Assembly: GCF_000497125.1 (NCBI RefSeq)
Contig: NC_090597.1
Span: 1,313,797 to 1,377,796, forward strand
DNA: 64,000 nt
Direction of reading: 5' to 3'
Source: Spironucleus salmonicida
Lineage: Eukaryota
Positions 22,805 through 34,913 of the stretch are shown here, piece after piece (the stretch's first letter is position 1; each line of letters starts with the position of its first letter). The notes beneath the pieces were generated by a model. That model was not told the origin of the DNA, searched no databases, and was given only the letters and a program-made list of their open reading frames with translations. A program made the position numbers and the translations under genes.

Positions 22805-22912
22805 GCGACTTCCTCACTTCCCTTCCAGCGCACCCGAAAGGGAGCGGGCGCACTTCCGTACCACATTCCGAAATCGGTTTCCGGTTTCTTCCAGAGGGCC
22901 CCTCTCACCAGA

Positions 22913-23122
22913 ATGGAGGCCAGACGACCGTGGCGTGCCCGGCTGTCCCGGCAGAAGAGCAGGTCCTGCGGGAGCCTGGAGGCGCTGATGGAGGACGAGT
23001 ACCTGCGTCAGATCGTCGTGTACCAGAAGGTGAGCGGCGGCCGGGACCTCTACGAGCTGCGCGAGCCCACCAAGCTGTACCTGCAGGACGTCATCATCCT
23101 GGACCAGGAGGAGGAGCCGTGA
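22913..23122 (+). CDS. Small hypothetical protein (69 aa), repeat copy 2
   Basis: Identical translation to 6070-6279. Confidence 0.55.
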   Translation: MEARRPWRARLSRQKSRSCGSLEALMEDEYLRQIVVYQKVSGGRDLYELREPTKLYLQDVIILDQEEEP

Positions 23123-23160
23123 CGGCGCCAGCGCTCGCCCGCTGCCAGTGAATGCGTCCC

Positions 23161-23418
23161 TCACTCCACCGCCGCACCCCCACGCTGCAGCGCGTGGAGC
23201 TGCTGCCTGAGCGCGTGGCTTTCCGCCTCCCGCGCCAGCACCTTGTCCTGGAGCTCCCGGTTCTGCGCCTGCAGGAGGGCGTTCTGGCGGAACACCCCTG
23301 CCGCGGCCTGGCCCTTGCGGCCATGCTGCAGTGCGGTAAGCTGCAGCGCCTGGGCCGCCACCTGGGCCTCCAGGGCCTCGTTCTGTGCCGATATGCGAGC
23401 CAGCAGCGCCTCTTCCAT
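23161..23418 (-). CDS. Small coiled-coil protein (85 aa), repeat copy 2
   Basis: Copy of 5774-6031 with one T-to-A amino-acid change. Confidence 0.7.
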   Translation of the reverse strand: MEEALLARISAQNEALEAQVAAQALQLTALQHGRKGQAAAGVFRQNALLQAQNRELQDKVLAREAESHALRQQLHALQRGGAAVE

Positions 23419-23525
23419 TTTGTGGCTGCAGTTATATATGTATTCTGGCGCCTTCGGAGCGACCTTTGTGCATACGGCCGGGTACTCCAGGGTCCCAAAT
23501 GAACCGCCGGACGCTCGAGCCACTC

Positions 23526-23822
23526 TCAGCCATCCACGCAGCGCCAGCAGCTGTCTCCCGGTCTCACCACCTCCGGGACCTTCTCCCCAGAAGTGCGACA
23601 CCGAAGCAGGGCAGGTGCCAGCCCACCTCGACCTTGTGTGAGGCAGAGAGCGCTCACGGACCAAAAACGATGGAGACCCTGTTGCGGACGCCACCACCGC
23701 GAGTTGGTGGGCCTGCTGGCGCTCCGCTTTCTGCCGCAGGTCCCGCGGCGTCTTTCACGTTGGGCAACAGTGATGTTAATTTCTGGAATTTAGGTTAGCC
23801 ATAAACGGGCTTTTAACTGCAT
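23526..23822 (-). CDS. Possible 98-aa ORF (or decayed gene) starting in the outer flank and entering the repeat
   Basis: ATG in AT-rich context (GAATATAAATG), MQLKARLWLTQIPEINITVAQRERRR...; the true frame inside the repeat is ambiguous. Confidence 0.3.
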
Positions 23823-24351
23823 TTATATTCGAAATTTTTAAGAATAGAATAGGATATATCAGCTTCGATGGATAATTGATTCATATTTACATTTGTAATT
23901 TAACTTTGCAATAATTGTTATAGCATGTCATTATAGTTTTATAAATATTGAATTATTCGTTAATAGTTAATAAAATAAATCCTGATTTTCTAGTAATTTT
24001 TGTACTGAAATTTGTACAGTGTAACATTTAGATGAACATATTTTAGGAAAAGAGTAATCATAAAATGATTTCTTATATATTACTAAAATACAATACAAAA
24101 GTTGAGAGTTGATATTATATTATATAAAAATTTAATATTATGGAAACATATTGCTTCATTTGTGATTAATTTATAGAAAATATATTTAATTCTTAGAATA
24201 ATGTTAAAAACAATTTAAGTTATTAGTTATAACTTTTTTATATACATAAAGTTAAGATACTTATAATAGTTATACTCATATTTCAAAATTTATATTTGCT
24301 GGTATAGTAGTATTATAAATTAGCATAGAAAACATTATTTCAGTTCTAAAA

Positions 24352-25011
24352 ATGCTAGATGACTTACAGCAATACCTTAATTACTCTTATTCGAATTCTT
24401 TATACTTCTGTTACTCTAATTTAGATAAATTTCCAGATTCTCCTGAAATATATGCCGAAACTATATAATTTATTCTAAATTCACCATCTTTGTAAATAAA
24501 CTCAACTGATGCTAGATAATCGTCACTGTCAAAAGATTCAAAGGACGCAAATTAGGTTACAGATTCACCGGAACTTTAGTCATATTTAAAATAAATTTCT
24601 ACTATTATAAACCAGTAACCTTTGTAGGTCAAATAAAGTTATTAATAATATGTGAATAGAAAAAGCGACACTCATTAAGATCGAGCATTACCTCAATATT
24701 GGACTTAAGAGATGTCTGACAAGCTAACATACCTTAAATAGAAAAAATAGTATTTAAGTTTTGTCTAAATAGCTGATTTATTAAATTAATAATGTGAAAC
24801 AAATTTAAAACCAAATTAGGTATAATAAAGATGGTAGCGAGTACAAAGCCCTGATATAGTAAAAGGACGATGGACAAAAGAGGAGTCTGATTTATTATCA
24901 TACTTGCATAAAAAGCATAATGGCAAGCTATCTACAATTTAGTAATAACTTTAGTATAGAACTATACTGTAAATTAGAAATAGGTTAAAATAATTGAATC
25001 TTATAGAATGA
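24352..25011 (+). CDS. Myb-like DNA-binding protein with two C-terminal repeats (219 aa)
   Basis: YWTQEMSDKL...QVQQRWQRVQSPDIVKGRWTKEESDLL...YRTILQIRNRL. Confidence 0.9.
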
Positions 25012-25358
25012 TTCTTTAATAAATGTCTTGAGCAGCTCAGCTTTTTCTGTTTGTAAAGAATAAGCGATAATATTTTTTTTGTAATATCTTATAGTGAACT
25101 TGACATGAAATAAAATATTGCAAAATAGTTGTGATTAGTTTATATAGGATTATTTTATATTTAAACGCAAACTTATAATCTCATTGTATCTGTAATTATA
25201 CTTACATTATACAATTAAACTTCTAAGTTTTTGGAGAAAATTTAATATAAAATAGTATTTAGCAAGTTAATAACTATTACCTCTTATTATTTGTTAAGCC
25301 AGTTTATTAGTAATGTTATTATAAACAGTAGTTTATTAAAATAAATAACAATAAAAAT

Positions 25359-25814
25359 TCATTTTGATTAGTATCCCCACGTTTTATATTAGCATTATTT
25401 ATGTATTTTACCTTAGCCAAAGCAAGCTTTCTTTAATGATGGTAGTTATAAAGTTCCATAAGTTAATTACTACGCATTCCATAATTTCATTGCCGCAGAA
25501 TTATACTTTTAACCTTACTCCTGCCTCTTTGGGTAAAAAGAAGATATTAATTCATTAGTCGAGTTAGGTCTTTAAAACTAATACCGAGAAGCAGCTACAC
25601 CAAATTCAGCATCAGTATATCGCTCTGAATTTTCTAAGATATTCTAAGTAGATGTATTCTTTATTGATAAAAGATCAGATTCAAATGTCTACGTTGTTCG
25701 CATACCCTGAGGTATAGTTTCGTATAATATATTAAATTTAGTAAGTTTAGTAAATTTTTAAGGCACTGGAAATTATTTATTTCGAACAAATTATGATAAT
25801 TTGAACGGATTCAT
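25359..25814 (-). CDS. Hypothetical protein (151 aa)
   Basis: Table-6 ORF MNPFKLSQFVRNKQFPVP...TWGYQSK. Confidence 0.6.
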
Positions 25815-25936
25815 TTATTCTATGTGGTTTCAGTTATTGAAAATATTATACAAATAAACCATATAATAATCAATATTAGATTTTATAAACGCATAAACTC
25901 AAAAGGATAATGTAAATATTTAATAGTGAGAATCTA

Positions 25937-26437
25937 TCATTCATTCTTTACTAACCACTTTTTTAATCTATACGCTCCTTTTCCATTCATATAATATCTA
26001 TAAAAATGTCTAGATCTATAAAAACCTAGTTTTTCATAAAATCGAATAGCTCTATGATTATCATCTTCCGTCTCTAGTACAATATTTGTTACATTCAGTT
26101 TACCAAATTCCTACATAATAAGTTTGAAAAGATTTTAAGCCACACCTTTTCCTTTAAATTAATCTATAACACTTATCATACCAATATATGCTTATATTTT
26201 ATTTTCACCTTCTTTACTACATTCAGGCTGCAACATGCACATACAACATCCAACTATTTATCCTTCAAATTCTGAAAAAATTGTAAGATCTTGATACTGT
26301 TCAGCAAAATATCTATATGTCCAAACCTGATATGGTTCTGATAATTCTTTTGAAAATAAATTCTTAATAGAATGAAGGTCTGCATCCGAATGATATGGGC
26401 GATAAAAAATCTCATTAATAGTTTACTCTTCGATCAT
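25937..26437 (-). CDS. NAA30: N-terminal acetyltransferase NatC catalytic subunit (Naa30/Mak3)
   Basis: LSEPYQVWTYRYF, AYIGMISV, KGKGVA, IVLETEDDN, FYEKLGF, YRYYMNGKGAYRLK. Confidence 0.92.
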
Positions 26438-26507
26438 CGATGGAATGAAACATAATCAATCAATTTTAGTATAATATTATTATATATAATTTTGCGAATG
26501 TTAATTA

Positions 26508-26741
26508 ATGTTAGAAGAACTTATTATTACTCTAGATGAAACAAGGCTCGATGTATTGAAGCTAGTATAAATTGATCTAGAACTTCAGTAACTCAAAACT
26601 AAATTAGAAATTAGCAATGAAAAACTTAAATTTTTGGAAAAGGGTTAGCTAGATAATTATCTAACAGCTAGCCTTCTAAGGGGTACAAAAATTCCTCTTG
26701 ATAAGCTTAATAAGCTTAAATAGATTTTAAGCAAAAACTGA
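26508..26741 (+). CDS. Small coiled-coil hypothetical protein (77 aa)
   Basis: MLEELIITLDETRLDVLKLVQIDLELQQLKTKLEISNEKLKFLE... Confidence 0.65.
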
Positions 26742-26809
26742 AATTTACTAATTTAGAAATACTTATTTTTATATACTGTTATCATCAATTTCATTCCTAT
26801 TTTTCAAAA

Positions 26810-29560
26810 ATGAGATCTCTTATTATTCCTCCAAATACTATTTTTTACGAATTTGAATCACCAGTATTTATTACTATGACTAGACCAGAGATTCTTATAC
26901 CTTAAGTTAGTATTAAGATATTAAATATTCCATCTCTTACAGAGTCACTAGAAATTTAATTTTTCCCTCATAATCTATCATTTTTTTAGCTTCTTTTACT
27001 ACCAGATTCTGCACCTAAAATGGCTCTTTTAGCAGTAAACTCAGCTGAGTAAAGAAAATTCATATAGGCGAAATAAATGGCACAAGGAAATAAATAGTTA
27101 CTTCTTATTATTTCTTATCTAGCGGATTACAACTCTAAAAGCCAATAAGCAGTTGAATGCTTATTCTCACTTTTGGATAAAACGGATGACATTTTTCGGG
27201 ATTATCCTTAAGATAATGCATTTTTTGACATTGAAACAGTAATTTGCAAGGAATTTGATTCTTTTAGAAATGTTTTAGTGTAATTGAGAAAAGGTGAATC
27301 CTTTGTTGAATCGTATTTACATTGTGCTATCTTATATTTCGTTGATTTAATGCTAGTTGTAAATATTTAAAAGACGCTTGGTGTTTCGTAGGACATGTTA
27401 GAGGTTTTACAATAATATACGATGAATAAGAGATATATTTATGATAGCTAAATTTAATAGAAAATGACTGTAATCTATTAAACTTTATCTTGTGTCATTA
27501 GTGGGTTAACATTAAAAATTTAATTAGAGCTATTATTGGAGTTATCATCATTTCCAAATACGGATTTTGGGTTCGCTTATTATTACTTTTAGAGCTTATT
27601 GTGCTCAATTTCTGGATCTTAGTAAGCATAATATAATATTAATTCAGGGAATGCACAAAAGTTAATAAATTCTTTAAATTAAAAATTTTTATAAAATTAT
27701 CACAAAATTGCTGGTAGTCAAGATGCATTTCAATAGTAAATTAATCTTACATAAGCTTTAGCTATGACATATAATCATCTTAATGATGTTAACGAGACAA
27801 AGAGATTTATTTAAATAATAAGTAATTCATTATTGTCTGAAAATGAATTTCATAATGTGACTATAAAAAATTTAGAGGAAAGTTTAGATATATTTGAAAT
27901 ATTTCATTTTAATTAGTTCTTTTTACATGATGTTCACTTAGTTTTGATTATATTATATGAATTTGTTTCAGTTCTAAACTAGCAGACATTATAAACTGTT
28001 TAAAAAGATATAGACTTATTCATTTATAAATTAGTATATAATGTAAACTTTAGAGGTTTTACATTTATTAAGAACAAGGAAGAATTTTCTTAAGGCATGA
28101 CCTATACCCAAATATTTTAAATATCAAATGAAATATTTTAGTTCTGCGTAACATATTCAAAATATAATCACCATGAAATCCTTTTATTTAATCTTAGAGA
28201 AATGGGTTGTTTTTCTAAAGAATATGGTTTTAATGAGCTAGGGTTGACATAGTAACTTTAGCTGTGGAAATATATTTTTGAGATTAATACAATTGACAGT
28301 ACCTATATTCATAAATATGTTGAATATGCATTATAAATTGTTAAAAATAGTATTTAATGGGTAAAAACTTAATTATACTCAGAGTTTTTTGAACTTGTTA
28401 GTATTTTAATGTGGTTTTTAGTTGTAGAAAATGATGTATAACAAATTATAACTCATATTTAAAACGTATAAATTAAAGAAGTTATATTAAATTTTATTAT
28501 AAAACTTCTTTAATTCGGAGTCTAGACAAATTAGTTTATAGATAACTTTGCTTATATTTCTTGTAAATTAGATCTACTGTCCGACTTTCAATAGTTTTTC
28601 CTATTAAATACAAAACTGTTTGATCCACAATATGTTTGTTAATTTGTGTTTTCGTACATCAATAATTAGTCTAAAAATTAAGGCACAGATAAATGTAAAT
28701 ACTAAAATCTAGTAATAACTATAATTAGACACTATCATGCTATATCTTATAACTAGCAAAATTATATTTATTTAGCATAATTATCTGCAGGATTAATTTT
28801 CTTTGATTTATCATTTGCTAACTAAGACTGCACCTAAATTTTTTAAGAGATTGAGTCAATCTTTGTTGATTAGTGTATTCCAGATAAATACTATAAAGAA
28901 ATCCTTAATTAATTTATTGATTCTGAGATTTGGAATAAGGCTAATTAAAATAATTCTATATAAGAGGTGTTATAGACTATTTTAGGAAAATGTTAAAAGC
29001 TAGAAATTTAAACTCAAATCTAACTGATAATAAATAAGATTTAACAAGATTTAGAAATAAGTATTGATGTAATAAGTTAAAATTCTACACCATATTAGTC
29101 AGGTATATTAGAAAAAGTTTAGTTTTAGTTTTGCGATTTCCCTAATCTTCCAAAATTTCCACATTACAACGAGATAGATAAATTAATTAAATATGTTAAG
29201 ATTCCTGGAATACCTTTTGCTTTTATTATTCCCCATCCTCTTGCTAAGAGTAGTACTATTTAAACAGATCTTGATAGTTTAATAAGAGATATTGGTACTA
29301 TTGAAACTTTGCATGAAGTGGTTAATGATTTTTTAATTCCTGAATAGAGACCTTAATCAGGTAATGCTCCTAAACAAGTTAATTCAAGTGCTAGACCCAT
29401 GAGCGCCGGGGGTTTAAAAGTTGTACAAGAAACAGTGTAGAAAGTATAAGTGTAGAGGAAAAAGAAGGAATCTGGAGTTGAACAATTATAAGAGTGGAGT
29501 GGAAGTGGAAGCGATGAAGAAAATTTGTTGGAAATGCTTGATAACGAAGGGATTTTATGA
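26810..29560 (+). CDS. Large hypothetical helical-repeat-like protein (916 aa)
   Basis: Long table-6 ORF MRSLIIPPNTIFYEF...LEMLDNEGIL. Confidence 0.75.
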
Positions 29561-29660
29561 TTTTATTTCATCACTGCATGATTACTTATAAAAATTATAT
29601 CTTAGTTAAATTGCTTATTATCCTATAGAAACGTAATAAAAAGTAACGCAATACAATTCT

Positions 29661-32600
29661 TCACACCCCTTTCTCATCAGCACCAGGTTCTGGGAACCCT
29701 AAAAGACCTATAGCAATATCATCAGCACTGATTTAATCTGGTAGTACTTAGGCAGCACTTAAAACACCTTATTTGATTACCTTACCACTCATTAACCCTA
29801 GACAATCTGTAAGTTCACCTGCATTAAATTGCTCGGCCAAACTATAAAACTTATTCAATAAAGTATTCCGATCAATAACAGCATTCTATTCACCGGCTAG
29901 TATACTAAATGCAGAAACAATATCATCATAGCTTTATGCTTACACAAATCTGTAATTAACTAAAATTCTGACAAAATCTGACAAAGACAAAGTGATCTCG
30001 TTAGTTCCTACCATTTCCCATAATGACCCCTCAAATGTTTCATACTTTTCAATTTTATCTGGATTTTCTTCTTGCAATAAATTCGATATTTATCCCGTAA
30101 TAACATCCTTGAAATAAACATAAATGTTATCTTCACCTTAATAAAAAGCAGGAGCTCCATCGCGTGTTTCAACTAAGAAAACTGGTTTTTATTCGTTTAC
30201 AGCCAACCTCACAGACTACAAAAAGAATTAAAGTCTCTTATATCTGACCTCTTCTTCAATTATATCACAAACAGCGCTATTCACATGCTCGTTACTGATA
30301 TATACTCCCAATGCTCTTAACATATCTCCAATCATACCAACTGGTGCTCTAGCATTTTCTGAAGGCGATAACCCTTTTTCTTCAGAATCGTATATTTAAG
30401 CATACGAAAAGTACTCTTAAATCTCTTAATAATAGTCACCTGACATCCCGCCCTCTAACTGGTTCAAAAACGGCTCAAATACGTTATATTCGTTGCTTTC
30501 AGCTGCAACTGCACTGTCTACAAGCAAATCCATGCACGAATAGTCAATTTGCCACAAAAAGACCGTAGAATCTGTCTTCCCAGCGCTCACAGTGTAAGTA
30601 TTTCCAGCGTTTAGCTGCTGCTAAAAGCAGTAGCAAATTTCAGTCTGAAGCAATTCGCCAGCGTGCGCGATGAGACCTACATATCGATGTGGCGCCCCAT
30701 CAAACGGCGTCCTCATCATGCCGATCACTTTGTCAGGAGTCTAGAACACTACATACTGAGGAATATGCTTCACGCTACCTGTGCTGTTCAAAATTTCATA
30801 GCGGGTCCTGTATCGGAACTTTTTGCTCATTTCTCCATTTTCGTCGATCTGCTCAATTGCTTGACAGGAATTAATATCGTTTCTGAAGTCGCTAAATTCG
30901 TTATTTATGCTGCTCATCAAGTTTATTTCTCTGGCAAAAGTAGGTCCTACGACCGTCCGCCTCAAAGGGAAGGGACCTGCTAATCTCGGATTTACATAAT
31001 AGCTCGAATTAGTGCTGAACTTGTCTTGCGTCAAAGGAGGCTAATTCGTGGGGTATCCACCTTGGAAATGACTTGTTGTGACAGGGTTTGAAGTTAGTTG
31101 CACCTGTGTAAAAACGGTATTATTGGAGAGCTCCATAGCTCCTGGCAGACGTTTAGGCTCTCTGAGTTATAGCTTGAACTGATTATTCGCTATAATAATA
31201 AGATCGCGCTGATCGATTGGTTGTAGTTCAGGACGGATAGTTGCGTTTAAATATCCTTTATTTTAGCTTTATAAGGATATTAATGACTTCTTAATTTCAC
31301 GTTTTAAGTCATCAGGTTCAGCTTCAATTTCTGAAATTTAAGACTAAAATTCATCAGTATTCAACTGATCGAGATAGAAAAGTGGTCTCGGTAAGAAACA
31401 CATTGCAGTTGGAGTTGCTTCTGAGTCTGATTTAAAACGACGATAAACTACAATTCTAGAAGTTAATGTTAGGGTTGCATCGATGTCGATAATTGTATAA
31501 AAACGATCTTTAGATAGGATAACTAATGGGTCGCGTTTTTGGTTTGTAAGTGGAAGATTTTCGATTTCGTTGAATAGTTGGAAGGGCAAAAATTCACATG
31601 AAAATACAGCGTCGATAGGATCTTTTGTGATTAACAAATTATTTCCTAGTGGATCCCACTGTCCGGCCGATGACGCTGCATCACGTTTCTTTTGGTTTTA
31701 TCTTGCTAATTAAGCTGCTGGGTGAATTCTAACGTCTGTTTCAGTTCGTTTTTCTACTTCATCATCATTGTTATTTTCAGCTTCTTCTAAGTCTGATACA
31801 AATTTTGGTGGCTATTTTAGTGGCTCAACGAAATTATCGTTGAAGATTGTTGAAAATTCAGCTATATTATTTTAAACCTCTTATTATAATATATCAGTTT
31901 TTCCCGTCATATAATTCATTTTTTAATCTTAAACTTACGTTTTTGCCAACAACTTCAGCTAAGACGATTCATCAATAATAGCTATTATATCACCTTCACG
32001 AGAAAACTTAACGTGCTTAATCTTATATGGCCAATCATCTACAAAGAAATCCTTTTACGCAATTCTGGTCATAACACGTCTATTTCTAGCCACATTTCTA
32101 AAACTTTGTAAAACCTATAAATTAAACGGATCTAGCAGCAAAGCTGAACCTAAACTCGTACCAGCAAGCAACACTGGTTTACTTCCAGCCCCACTAAATA
32201 AATTCATACTTGTAATATGAGGATAGGTTTAAGATTTTATAGAAGCTAAAGGATGGACTGGCACTAAAAATGATGCCTATTCATAACCTTCAGCATGTCT
32301 TTGTGCTAAAGTACCAGAAAGTCGTTTTGATACATTTCCAGTATTCAAAATCTCTCCAACAACATTATTTGACCTTAAAATCTTATTTGATGTAAAATCA
32401 TAAATAAGTAAGTCTCCACGTGAGTTTGCAAGCCAAATAAGGGGTTGAGACTGCCCAGTTTTTACATTAAAGCTCTATTATATAGGTAAAGTCTGCATTG
32501 ACTTCGGTATGTGCATGCACTTGACATCACCAGGAATACCCTAATAAAGTAATGTTCCTTTGCGTTTTTCAGGCTGAATGAACTCAAAAACTGCAGCTGG

Positions 32601-33977
32601 AACGAGAATAATTGACCCACGCGATGTCGAACAAATAAAATCACGTAAAACTACAGAACCAAATTTTGCGTTTAATGCTTCAGATTTTGATTAGAAGTCT
32701 CTGGGTGTCTGTCCAGGCATTAGCTACACCGCCGCAGTACTCATATCAATTTGATCCATTGCACCTGAACTTACTTACGGCATGGCTATCGAAATAGATG
32801 TGATTGGACCAGATTCCAAATTTTCGTACCATGAAAGCAATCTAAGCCGGAAATCGAACATTCTAACGGCACCATCAAGACCCCCAGTAACGATGAATCC
32901 GTCTGCTTTTGCATGCATGTATGTAATAGCTTGTGTGAATGATTAGGTAGCCGAACCAGTCATCTATTAACTAGCGATATTTGCGGCAGTTAAATAGCGA
33001 TAAAATGATAGCTATATTTATTATTGGTCATTTTGGGCAATTGAGTTGTAAAAATGTTAACCTGGAACCATATAAGATGATTCACCGAACTCCCCTGTTT
33101 AAAATGCACTTTCTAGAAGGATTTATTCGTTTTTTTAATTAATTTCATCGGATGGCATGATTGGTTTGGAATTTCCAGATGCTGTATGTAGGACTAGGAG
33201 CTTGATCGGAATACGGTTTTTCGCATCGGTTTTAGTGAATGCTCGCCCTGAAACATCGTAAAGAACAACTTCACCAGCTACCGTTGCTGTGAGAGCAGCG
33301 GTTGTGTTTGGTAGAAAACAAGAGACTGTAAATGCAGAAGGAAGTACTTTAAACTCACCGGATTGGATATCTGGTGCGTGAATAGCTAATGTCTATGTTA
33401 GTTATTTTTCAATAATGGTTTCTGACCAGGTCCAAAATACTGTTCTGAATGCTGAGTTGGTTACAATCTCGCGATAATCTGATGGATTAAATCTTATATC
33501 ACGTTAAAATCCATATTTTTATGGGATTTGTCCTGATACAATCGGTTCTTCGCTAGGAGATGCCCATTCATAAATTTATAGCTCTTGTAGTTAGTCCTAT
33601 ACAGTACCTGTAAGAATTGCAATTAGGGCGCCATCATCAGACAAGTCAATCCTAGTTACACCAGCCCCAAAATTATTAGAATAAGTTCGAACAGGAAGTA
33701 GTGTTTTACAGTCCCAGATAATAACTAGTGTGTCTTATGCTCCATAATCTGCAGATACAATCCATTTTTTGTCATTAGATACTGCAACTGCAGATATAGT
33801 GTTAGCATGACCTTATAAGAATTTTTACTGTCCAGTTCTGCAGTCATGATATATTAATGTGTGTGAAGATGGAAAAAGTACTGCTTCCCTAGTTTCATCA
33901 AATAATGAATGAACTGCGCCTGTAAGGTCATGATTATAACCAAATGCAGCTTTCATGTTTAGACAATGATTAGACAT
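29661..33977 (-). CDS. CFAP251: CFAP251 (WDR66), WD40 plus C-terminal EF-hand-like region, 1,438 aa
   Basis: AFGYN...HTLIYHD...LQGHANTISAVAVSNDKKWIVSAD...LVIIWD; C-terminal LEGGMSGDYYQEIQEYFSYAQI, GDMLRALGVYISNE. Confidence 0.9.
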
Positions 33978-33997
33978 TTTTGCGGAATTCGGAATGG
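33978..33997 (-). promoter_or_regulatory. CCGCAAAA motif upstream of CFAP251
   Basis: CCATTCCGAATTCCGCAAAA-ATG on the minus strand. Confidence 0.55.
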
Positions 33998-34095
33998 CCA
34001 ATATGAATATAAATATATATTATTTCAGAATATTTTGGGACCAATGAATTTTAGACAAAATTAAAATATGACTAAAGATAAACAGAACCCCAGTA

Positions 34096-34698
34096 TCACT
34101 TTACAATTTCAAATCCAAATAACTCTTTTTTCTTTTCTTCTAAAGATGTATTATCTGCTAATTCTAAATATGTGGCTACGAACATACCAATAAAATCTGG
34201 TCCATAAAAGCAACCATCAACACAAAATTCATCATATTATGTAAGATCATATAGCGTTTTGCATTTAGGACAATAATTTTTCAAAAATCCTTCTCCTGGC
34301 ATAAGGTGTTCACCATAAACTAACATTCCTGCTCCACATCTAATCCTAGGACACCTGCCATATGCACCATTTTGAAACAACTATAAAGTGTCTTATAGAC
34401 CCTGAGGTGTTCTTATATATCTCTAATGAGCTAATGCATAAACTATGCACGCAGCGTTTTCAATAATCTCTTATTCACTAGGTTGACAGTCGTAGTTATC
34501 ATATAAAATCAACTATATAGCTTGGCTATAAAATTCAATTTTTTCTAAACCGAGTAATGCTAAAGATTCTTAGAAATATGTATCCGGCACTTACACAAGT
34601 ATGTGGTTAAATTCTGACTTTTAGAGAAATTACTCTAACCATGTACCTTAATCAGAATAATATGATGTTGATGCTGATGACGATAATTGAAAAGGCAT
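34096..34698 (-). CDS. CSNK2B: Casein kinase II regulatory (beta) subunit (200 aa)
   Basis: WLEQF, YALAHQRYIRTPQGL, YGRCPRIRC, YCPKC, DGCFYGPDF, LFGFEI. Confidence 0.92.
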
Positions 34699-34913
34699 CC
34701 GATGAAGTGAAAGACTAACATTTAATTTATATAATAAATATATAGGAAAACAATATTTGTAGTTATAATACCTTTTTAGCAACATATTCTTCATATATCA
34801 CATAATAAACACTTGGGCGCATCTAATCACAATTGTAATACTAATAGGAAAGTATTTTTGATAATTGTGGTATTATGTATAATTAATAATATAAATAGCC
34901 CATTTTCCAAAAG

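Larger units (their letters stand above)
22549..23767 (-). repeat. Right arm of 1,219-bp GC-rich inverted repeat (partner 5425-6643)
   Basis: Reverse complement of the left arm. Confidence 0.97.

Noticed and set aside
5425-23767. Composite transposon, or a foreign GC-rich mobile element inserted twice
   Set aside because: No transposase, reverse transcriptase or integrase motifs; the termini are not consistent between copies; the arm contains the in-frame 3' two-thirds of a native gene.
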